Shown: positions 57,547-64,000 of the stretch, in pieces
How positions within the stretch are numbered: position 1 is the first letter of the stretch
How the letters are laid out: every line of letters starts with the position of its first letter
IMG/VR virus record: IMGVR_UViG_3300005253_001115
Coordinates: 186,001-250,000 of that record
Reading direction: 5' to 3' (one strand)
Length of the DNA: 64,000 bases
Position numbers and translations under genes: made by a program
Notes under the pieces: model-generated
Database searches by the model: none
What the model was told of the DNA's origin: nothing
What the model saw: only the letters and a program-made list of their open reading frames with translations

Positions 57547-57980
57547 CTGCGCCGTAGACACCATAGTACCGGATTACACTGTCATGTTGGTCTACGGCGC
57601 AGAACGAGGCACGGCATTCTCCTTTTGGATTACACTGCTATGTAGGACGTTCCTCTTTGAAAATTCCTGCGCCGCAGACATCATAATGTCGGGTTACATC
57701 ACCGAGTCGGTCTGCGGCGCAAGTTAAAATGTAGTAGACACGGCAAGACCACTCGGGCTACAACTTCAACACGGCCGTGTCTACTGTGTTAGAAAAGGAG
57801 GCGCGACATTCTCCTTTTGGGTTACACTGCTATGTGGGCCGTGCCTCTTTGAAAATTCCTGCGCTGCATGGCACGGCTCTGGGGGGTTACAACATCGCTA
57901 AGGCCACACAGCGCAGGTTAAAATGTAGTAGACACGGCATATCCCAAACGGGTTACAACATTCTGCTGGCCGTGTCTACT
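57547..57980 (-). ncRNA. TIGR-like stem-loop guide array A (7 units)
   Basis: Each unit on + strand: stem-CA-N9-NGG(G/A)TTACA-N9-NGG-stem; cores at 57559, 57615, 57679, 57744 (8-nt first spacer, GGGCTACA), 57807, 57872, 57938. Confidence 0.88.
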
Positions 57981-57989
57981 TTCGTTAGA

Positions 57990-58814
57990 TCAATCCGATA
58001 CCTTCCGCCACTGCTTCCACAGTTCCCGCAGGATGCGCTTCGACAGGAGCCTACGCTGGTGTAGGAAGATGTGGCCCGTTGTCCAGTCAGGGTGTGCAGC
58101 AGCAGCTTTGGCCTTCACTCCCTCAGAATATTGGTAGAATTCATTGTTGGTCTTCTTGCCGTTCTGGTGAACAGTACCCTGCACAACGAACATCATGGAT
58201 CTCCTGCTCGGGTTGTAACCGTGCAGTTTAGCCATTTCAGTGCCACGTCGAAGGCGCTGGCGAACCATGGGATCTTGCGCATTCTCGGACACCATACCTA
58301 GCCCAAAACGCTTCCACAATTTAGCGGGCGTGGCGAAATTACGCAAGTCGGCTCCGGCTTCTGCCAATATCCTTCCTACAGCTAGGAGGCTCAGGCCGGG
58401 GGTTCCTTTACCGGGGCGACCAACCCACGAAGCGATCGGCATACCTGCCACTATGGCAGTGATGTCTTTGTGGTATTGCCTTATTTGGGGGTCGAAGCCC
58501 CTGATAGCAGGGACCATAGCGAGCGCCATAATCTCCACTTTCGCAGCAAATACCTCTATTGGGTCGGTGGAGGTCCGATCAATCTCGTCAGGCTTCACAT
58601 GCAACATCCACTTTTTGTGGACGGCAGTTGCCAGCGCTCCGTCTTTTGTGCAGAGAGCGTACTTCTTAACGAAGCACGTCTTACCTTTGCAGTGGTGGTC
58701 CTGCACAGCACGCTTGATGACGCCATGTAACTGCTGGTTGAGGGACTCTCTTGCTCTCTCAAGATTCAGACAATCTCTATGGAGGCCGAGGAGTTTAGTG
58801 ATTTCGTTGTGCAT
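57990..58814 (-). CDS. Nop-domain / IS110 C-terminal-like RNA-binding protein lacking a nuclease domain (TasA-like)
   Basis: Starts directly with a coiled coil; PGLSLLAVGRILAEAG.DLRNFATPAKLWKRFGLG, GYNPSRRS, H..QRRLLSKRILRELWKQWR; no DEDD/RuvC or HNH domain and no IS110 SSG motif. Confidence 0.82.
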   Translation of the reverse strand: MHNEITKLLGLHRDCLNLERARESLNQQLHGVIKRAVQDHHCKGKTCFVKKYALCTKDGALATAVHKKWMLHVKPDEIDRTSTDPIEVFAAKVEIMALAMVPAIRGFDPQIRQYHKDITAIVAGMPIASWVGRPGKGTPGLSLLAVGRILAEAGADLRNFATPAKLWKRFGLGMVSENAQDPMVRQRLRRGTEMAKLHGYNPSRRSMMFVVQGTVHQNGKKTNNEFYQYSEGVKAKAAAAHPDWTTGHIFLHQRRLLSKRILRELWKQWRKVSD

Positions 58815-58829
58815 TTTCTAATCCTTGTA

Positions 58830-59152
58830 GGAGCGGCACGGAATGCTCCAAACGGGTTACACTGCATCTATGTCCGTGCCGCTCCGTAATATAGGGCGGT
58901 TGGTCAATGAGATTTCGGGTTACAAATGGGAGTTGGACCAACCATCCTGTAAAGTTGGGGCGACGCCGCACAGCGGATTCGGGTTGCATGAGCGCATCGA
59001 CAGCGTAGCCCCTTTGTAAGTTATGAGCGGCGCGACACTCTCCCAAAGGGTTGCATCACGGCGGTGGTCGCGCCGCTCTGTTATATTGAGTATTTTAGTG
59101 AGGTTGGTCACTCTTCTAGAGGGTTACACCGGTCTTTTGGACCAGCCTCACT
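58830..59152 (-). ncRNA. TIGR-like stem-loop guide array B (5 units)
   Basis: Same architecture; cores at 58842, 58905, 58969, 59036, 59109. Confidence 0.88.
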
Positions 59153-59157
59153 GTGAT

Positions 59158-59739
59158 TTACATGTAAGTCCTCTCGCGTAGTCTCTCGACAAACTCATCC
59201 TGAACGACTGAGCCTACCGTGCGCTTGTCTCCGGCGGAGACGCCTTCGGCCTGCATCTTGTCTGCAATGGCGAAGAGCATCCGTGCGTCACGTCCGAAGG
59301 TGCCAGACTTCTTGTCTCGCATCTGCGCCTCGGTGGTCACCTGATCGAACGTAGCAGAGCGCAACTTCACGCCCCCGTGGGTCAGGTAGAATGTGTCCAT
59401 GTAGAGCGCAGCGACGGTCTCAGCACTTGCTGCGTCGGCTGCTGCTGTTCTCTTGGACTTGTTTGGCTTGGCGGCTCCGGTTGAGGGTGCCTGGGGCGTG
59501 ATAGGCAGAACCCGAGACTGCGACCGAAGTCGCTGCACGATGTTGTTGATCTGACTGTTGGCGAAGCGCTTCCAGACTTCCGTCTCGATAGCAGACGCCA
59601 TCGCAGGGCTCAGATTATCAATCTCAGCATCAGCGACAGCAAGAAAGGCAGCTTTCGCCTTCTCCCAATCTCCGCTGCTTGCTGTCCACGCTGTCTCAGC
59701 CCACTTGGCAAAGACCTCTTCTATGTCTACGGAACTCAT
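59158..59739 (-). CDS. unknown protein embedded between guide arrays
   Basis: 193-aa ORF with AAGGA SD, co-oriented with the TasA-like gene. Confidence 0.75.
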   Translation of the reverse strand: MSSVDIEEVFAKWAETAWTASSGDWEKAKAAFLAVADAEIDNLSPAMASAIETEVWKRFANSQINNIVQRLRSQSRVLPITPQAPSTGAAKPNKSKRTAAADAASAETVAALYMDTFYLTHGGVKLRSATFDQVTTEAQMRDKKSGTFGRDARMLFAIADKMQAEGVSAGDKRTVGSVVQDEFVERLRERTYM

Positions 59740-59787
59740 ACGTTTTCCTTCTTTATCCCCGTGGCAAAATCGCCCGGTGGAAATGTA

Positions 59788-59903
59788 GCGGTCCTGACAC
59801 CTTGAAAGTGGGTTACAAGTTCTTTATGGTCAGGACCGCCGTTGAAGTATAGCAGGTCGGTCAGTGGCGACAAGGGTTACAAACACAGAAAGGACCGACA
59901 CTG
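59788..59903 (-). ncRNA. TIGR-like stem-loop guide array C (2 units)
   Basis: Cores at 59798 and 59862 with inverted-repeat stems. Confidence 0.85.
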
Positions 59904-59931
59904 AATCCAATGAATAGGTAGCTTTCGAACA

Positions 59932-60387
59932 TCAGCTTTCAACCTCTTTCTTCTCCAAGTAGAAGAAATCCAGACCCTCAGGTTCTTTCTCTCCTCGAAA
60001 GATGAGAGCAGCAGCCCCCATGCAAATATTGTCACCTAGGATCTTCTGTACCTTGGCAACCGCTTGCCCAGAAGACACCACATCGTCCACGATAAGGTAC
60101 TTCTTTTTGCTGAACCCAGGGCCGCGCGTGCGGTTCTCCAGGGTTAGCACCTTCACTCGTGGCTTGTTGAGTATCCCGGCCACCACGAAGGCAAGCTCGA
60201 TGCCGCCGATAATCGGGGTGGCGATAAAGTCTATCTCGTCTCGCAACGTTTCGGGGATCAACTCTGCAAGTTGCTCTGCATACTCTGTCGTAGCTCGGCT
60301 GTCGAGTAGATCGAAGTCGTAGTAATACGGAGAACTCCTACCAGAGGTAAGTTCGTGGTCTTCTTTGATCCGGCATTCCTCGAACAT
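59932..60387 (-). CDS. orotate phosphoribosyltransferase-like type I PRTase
   Basis: LTSGRSSPYYYD, PRPP-binding LIVDDVVSSG. Confidence 0.78.
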   Translation of the reverse strand: MFEECRIKEDHELTSGRSSPYYYDFDLLDSRATTEYAEQLAELIPETLRDEIDFIATPIIGGIELAFVVAGILNKPRVKVLTLENRTRGPGFSKKKYLIVDDVVSSGQAVAKVQKILGDNICMGAAALIFRGEKEPEGLDFFYLEKKEVES

Positions 60388-60399
60388 GCTGCCTACACC

Positions 60400-60720
60400 T
60401 TACGTATTTTCGATCCCTTTCGAGATGACCTTGTAAATTGTGTGTGGAGCATACGTTACCTTAGTTCCATCTGCAAGGGTGTGGGTATACCCTCGACGGA
60501 TGATGGACGAAACCTTGCAATCAACCAGAATCTCGGCTGCTGTTTCCCACCGGTCATTCATGTTGGTCGAGTAAGACAGCGGCAGTTTGAAGACCTGAAG
60601 CGGTCTGGGAATTCCTTGGGCGGTACCTTCGCTCGTGACGAATACCGTCACGAGGTAGTCCGTCTTCGTGAGAGTCGGAGGGCTCAAGATACCGAGCCGA
60701 ACTAGAATATGCCTAAACAT
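60400..60720 (-). CDS. hypothetical protein
   Basis: Likely start MFRHIL, downstream of AAGGAG. Confidence 0.5.
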   Translation of the reverse strand: MFRHILVRLGILSPPTLTKTDYLVTVFVTSEGTAQGIPRPLQVFKLPLSYSTNMNDRWETAAEILVDCKVSSIIRRGYTHTLADGTKVTYAPHTIYKVISKGIENT

Positions 60721-61054
60721 CACTTTCTCCTTTCGTTCCAACGGAACGGATTTGGTTTGACCGTCGGAGCCGCGATCGAATGCTACAAACAAGGGTGATA
60801 ATCGCGTAGGCCAATACGATTAGCGCGAATATCGTTGTTTTCATGCTGGTCTCCTGGGCGAATCGCTAGTCCGAATCACAGCGCAAGCTGGAAGTAACAA
60901 CTACGATGTTGTTACGGGATTCTTCCCGGTCGTAGTCGTCCACATCCCGGTCTCCCGGTGAAAAGTATTTACGCAAGCACTCAGCTTCCGTTCCCTCTGT
61001 GCAAATGATACTTTCGTTTGCACCGCTGTATACTATCAGTCCCATTTTGTCTCC

Positions 61055-61243
61055 TTAGGTGACAGGTGTAGTTTCCTCTTCGGCAGCCAGCCTCATAGCT
61101 TTAGCCTTTTTTTGAGCTTCTATGGCTTGCCTTCGACCGGACTTTTTTAGCTCTGCTGGATAAGCATGGCCATAACAGATGATACGGTTGGGAATTGCCT
61201 CTGCCTTGCACCCCTTGACTTCGCAGGTTTTCCAAATTGCCAT
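61055..61243 (-). CDS. small zinc-finger protein with GRRQAIEAQK motif
   Basis: C....C........C..H. Confidence 0.55.
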   Translation of the reverse strand: MAIWKTCEVKGCKAEAIPNRIICYGHAYPAELKKSGRRQAIEAQKKAKAMRLAAEEETTPVT

Positions 61244-61430
61244 GTCGCTTCTCCAGCGGGTAGATGCCTATTCCATGTCTCCTTCAACTTCAACCAGCTT
61301 TCGGTCTGTGTACTTGCCTCGAACTTTATTTACCTTGTCGGTCGCTTCGGCGATTTCTCTAGCCTCTTCGTCAGACAGGTCGTGATCCAGCACGAGCCTC
61401 TTCGCGGAGAACACAATTCTTTCGAATAGG

Positions 61431-61667
61431 TCAAGGACTTTCATTTTTACGCTCCTTCTGAGCCATTATCGCCTGACGGCGACTGCTCATCCGTGGTTCC
61501 TCCTTAGCCTCCTTGAGAGCGTGCCCGCGATACGCAAGGTCACCGATCCATCCACTCGGGTTGTCTATATAGTGATACTCCCCGCGCAGGGGCTTACTGT
61601 CGTCGGCGACGTACACTGCACCTAACTTGCGCAGTAACAGGTTGCTGTCCTCTAGTTTAGCAGCCAT
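61431..61667 (-). CDS. hypothetical protein with RRQAIMAQKERK tail
   Basis: Probable start MAAKLE at 61667. Confidence 0.5.
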   Translation of the reverse strand: MAAKLEDSNLLLRKLGAVYVADDSKPLRGEYHYIDNPSGWIGDLAYRGHALKEAKEEPRMSSRRQAIMAQKERKNESP

Positions 61668-62266
61668 GCCAAACCCACACAGAGGGCACCCAAAGCCGCC
61701 CCTGCCGAGAAACCGACGAGGAGCGCTGCCCGCAATGCCTTCTGCATCCGCCCTACAACCTGAGCAGCGTGCTGCACCTTGGCAACCGTGACGCAATGCT
61801 GGGCAGGCTCCCAATCGAGAACCATCTGGTTGATGCACTCGATCGGAACACCGTGGGTGTTTCGCTGAGCGGCAACAATAGTCGCAGGGTGGGGGAGTTC
61901 CACAATAACTACGCGGTAACCCTCAGCCTCAGCAGCCTTTATGTACGGGTGGTACTGTTCGGTCTTGACGTTCGTGTTGTCCACAATCACGCAAGGCTTC
62001 CCAGCGGCGCACGAGTCCTTGAAGTTCTGGAGGTTCTGGGCGTGCCGCTCCCCAGCCAGAGCCACATCGAACTTGTACTCGCCATCGACCATGCACAGAT
62101 CGTCGGTCGAGTGGATCGCTGCGTCAGTCAACCGCCGACTGCCGTCCCTGCTCGTCTTACCGGGGAAACAGCCCCGGGCGATCATTTTGGCAACAGTGGA
62201 TTTCCCAGAGCCCGGAATACCTCTCATTATGAATGCGAATTTTTTCATACTTTCCTCATCGGTCAC
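61652..62266 (-). CDS. P-loop polynucleotide-kinase-like (AAA_33/N4BP2-like) protein with C-terminal membrane anchor
   Basis: MRGIPGSGKST, HSTDD, VIVDNTN, RNTHGVP; hydrophobic C-terminus. Confidence 0.8.
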   Translation of the reverse strand: MTDEESMKKFAFIMRGIPGSGKSTVAKMIARGCFPGKTSRDGSRRLTDAAIHSTDDLCMVDGEYKFDVALAGERHAQNLQNFKDSCAAGKPCVIVDNTNVKTEQYHPYIKAAEAEGYRVVIVELPHPATIVAAQRNTHGVPIECINQMVLDWEPAQHCVTVAKVQHAAQVVGRMQKALRAALLVGFSAGAALGALCVGLAWLLN

Positions 62267-62300
62267 CTAGCGCAGAACATTAGCTTTTTATATCCCTGGC

Positions 62301-62537
62301 TTATTCGGTCTTTGGTTCCGGCTTCCAGTCCCCGTCGGCGTCCAAGTGTTCCGGGGGCCAACCCTGCATCGTCACCTTTATTGTTCTGAGGATTCGGTTG
62401 GGCAACACGAAGAAAATCGTCCGTAGGAACTGAAAAGTGCATAAAATCAGGAAGATAAGTCCCCAAAATGCGGTCCAGCCGAAAAATATCCAGTGTTCTC
62501 TACCCCACTCAACGAACGCCAGTAATACCTGATCCAT
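62301..62537 (-). CDS. small membrane protein
   Basis: TM helix followed by GWPPEHLDADGDW. Confidence 0.6.
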   Translation of the reverse strand: MDQVLLAFVEWGREHWIFFGWTAFWGLIFLILCTFQFLRTIFFVLPNRILRTIKVTMQGWPPEHLDADGDWKPEPKTE

Positions 62538-62554
62538 ATTTTATGCCAATTCCT

Positions 62555-63565
62555 TTAGATCGTTTCTCTGAAAAGCGAGGAGATGCTCTCTTCGTTGTTG
62601 GTGCGGCGAATTGCCTCACCCATTAGAGGTGCGATGCTTACTACCTGCACCTTGTTGTAACCGTCGTTCTCGGCGTTACGCGGGATTGGGTCTCGGGCAA
62701 TCAAAGCCACTGTATCGGTGGTGAGCAGCTTCGTGAGCCCCTTCGTGTTGCCCATAGTCTTGTAGGCGTTCCCCGAGAGAACCGGGTGTGTGATGGCCGC
62801 AATGGCGCTCGTTGCGCCCTGCTCCATCAGGGCATCGACGCCCTTGCACAAGGTACCGGCAGTGTCGATCATATCGTCAACAATCACGCAGACTTGACCC
62901 TCCACATCGCCTACGATATTCATGACTTCGTTCTCGTTGGAGCGAGCACGCCGCTTGTCGATGATGGCGATCGGTGCCTCAAGCCTCTTGGCGTAAGCCC
63001 GTGCCCTCTCTGTACCACCAGCATCCGGCGATATGATAGTGAAGGGGGTGAGTCCCACTTCCTTGCGGACAGATTCCAATAGAACAGGCTTGGCGTACAG
63101 GTTGTCTACCGGGCAATCGAAGAACGCCTGGATCTGCCCGGCATGCAGGTCCATGCACATTACACGGTCTGCGCCAGCCCTGTCGATCAGGGACGCTACC
63201 AGCTTGGAAGTGATGGGCATTCGAGCAGCGTTCTGCTGGTCCTGGCGAGAGTACCCGAAGTACGGGATGACTGCTGTGATGCGACCAGCAGAGGACCGAC
63301 GCAAGGCGTCGATCATAATGAGCAGTTCCATCAGGTTCCGGTTGGTGTGGGGCGGGCAAGTCGGTTGGACGATGAAACAATCAGCGCCTCTTACGTTCTC
63401 CCCGATTGCTACCTTGATCTCACCGTCGCTGAAACGATCTACCTCGGCCTTGCCTAGAGGGCGGTCCAGATAATCAGCCACGTCGTGGGCTAGCTGGGGG
63501 TTGGCGTTTCCAGTGAATACCCGGATATCACCCTTCATTCCTCGCTCCTTCATTTGTTGTACCAT
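62555..63565 (-). CDS. prs: ribose-phosphate pyrophosphokinase (PRPP synthetase)
   Basis: FSDGE, NLMELLIMIDALRRSSA, PYFGYSRQD, DLHAGQIQAFF, SPDAGG, IVDDMIDTAGT, THPVLS; start may be 63538. Confidence 0.93.
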   Translation of the reverse strand: MVQQMKERGMKGDIRVFTGNANPQLAHDVADYLDRPLGKAEVDRFSDGEIKVAIGENVRGADCFIVQPTCPPHTNRNLMELLIMIDALRRSSAGRITAVIPYFGYSRQDQQNAARMPITSKLVASLIDRAGADRVMCMDLHAGQIQAFFDCPVDNLYAKPVLLESVRKEVGLTPFTIISPDAGGTERARAYAKRLEAPIAIIDKRRARSNENEVMNIVGDVEGQVCVIVDDMIDTAGTLCKGVDALMEQGATSAIAAITHPVLSGNAYKTMGNTKGLTKLLTTDTVALIARDPIPRNAENDGYNKVQVVSIAPLMGEAIRRTNNEESISSLFRETI

Positions 63566-63774
63566 ATGACGTGGGTGAATTCACCCCGGTTTTTTCCTTG
63601 CTTGAAGTCCGATGGGAGGAACTCGATACTGGTTTTGTGGGTGGCGGTTGCATAGTACGCAATACCGTCACTATCGATGATGGCCCCGCTCTCCAGTATA
63701 GAGGAAAACTCCTCTTTAGTAAAGTGATCCCCAAAGTCAGGCAGAGGGCTGAGGGTGAAGTTGTCGTCACTCAT
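63550..63774 (-). CDS. small hypothetical phage protein
   Basis: IIDSDGIAYYAT...THVIWYNK. Confidence 0.6.
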   Translation of the reverse strand: MSDDNFTLSPLPDFGDHFTKEEFSSILESGAIIDSDGIAYYATATHKTSIEFLPSDFKQGKNRGEFTHVIWYNK

Positions 63775-64000
63775 TCGTCAATCTCCATTTTCGTGATGGT
63801 GTAATAGATGCCTAGGGGACTACCTTCACAATAGATCTCGCACCACAACTCAGTTTCCCCCTCGTCTCGGGGCTCGTGGACACAGAATGTGTACCCCGGT
63901 TCGCTCCAGCTTTCTTTGGAGTCAGCTACCGCTGCTAAAACTGCCCTGAAGAAGTCAGAGTAGACTCCCGTGTAGCTGGCATCGTTGCAGTCCTCAAAGA

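Noticed and set aside
57990-58814. Active IS110 transposase / insertion sequence
   Set aside because: The protein lacks the N-terminal DEDD RuvC domain and the catalytic-serine motif, and it is flanked by many single-loop guides rather than one bridge RNA.
59798-59829. Self-targeting of guides within the window (e.g. spacer TAAAGAACT resembling the CTAAAG motif)
   Set aside because: Spot checks by eye found no full 18-nt composite match, and 5-9 nt matches are expected by chance. An exhaustive search was not possible.
57547-59903. CRISPR array interpretation
   Set aside because: There is no constant 25-40 nt direct repeat with ~30-nt spacers. The constant parts are only 2-9 nt, the variable parts are 9 nt, and no cas1/cas2 or effector gene is present.
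57547-59903. Hairpins as a cluster of intrinsic terminators or REP elements
   Set aside because: The loops are about 32 nt with fixed internal motifs and fixed 9-nt spacing, there are no consistent U-tracts, and the stems vary in sequence.
1-64000. tRNA/rRNA genes, inteins, alternative genetic code
   Set aside because: I recognised no cloverleaf or rRNA signatures. Core genes are full length under the standard code and use TAG, TGA and TAA as stops.

Overview
The window is most consistent with part of a large, probably jumbo-type, dsDNA bacteriophage genome. It is gene-dense with short or overlapping intergenic gaps. It carries DNA replication, recombination and repair genes: ATP-dependent ligase, SbcC/gp46 and SbcD/gp47, DnaX-like clamp loader, RecA/UvsX, acidic-tailed SSB, DnaG-like primase, Cas4-like exonuclease and an SF2 helicase. 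Nucleotide and NAD metabolism genes include class II RNR, dCMP deaminase, dNMP kinase, IMPDH/GMPR, NadM-Nudix, NadV, PRPP synthetase and an OPRT-like PRTase. It also has a sigma-70-like factor, two DNA methyltransferases, three free-standing homing endonucleases, a MoxR/vWA pair, host-like auxiliary genes (KhpA, GGQ release-factor domain, J-domain, FmdB) and many small ORFans. The standout is 57547-59903: 14 hairpin units in three sub-arrays. On the minus strand each reads stem-CCN-[9 nt variable]-TGTAACCCN-[9 nt variable]-TG-stem. The arrays flank a nuclease-less Nop/IS110-C-terminal-domain gene and a second unknown gene, which fits a TIGR-Tas-like (TasA, stem-loop array) RNA-guided system with a candidate new accessory protein. 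Other signals are a CTAAAG-N7-ATG motif at many gene starts, a short GRRxAIxAQK peptide motif in six unrelated small proteins, a ParB-like/helicase/three 78-aa-repeat-protein cluster, and a potentially closed NAD+ recycling loop. All calls come from reading motifs by eye; no database searches were run.
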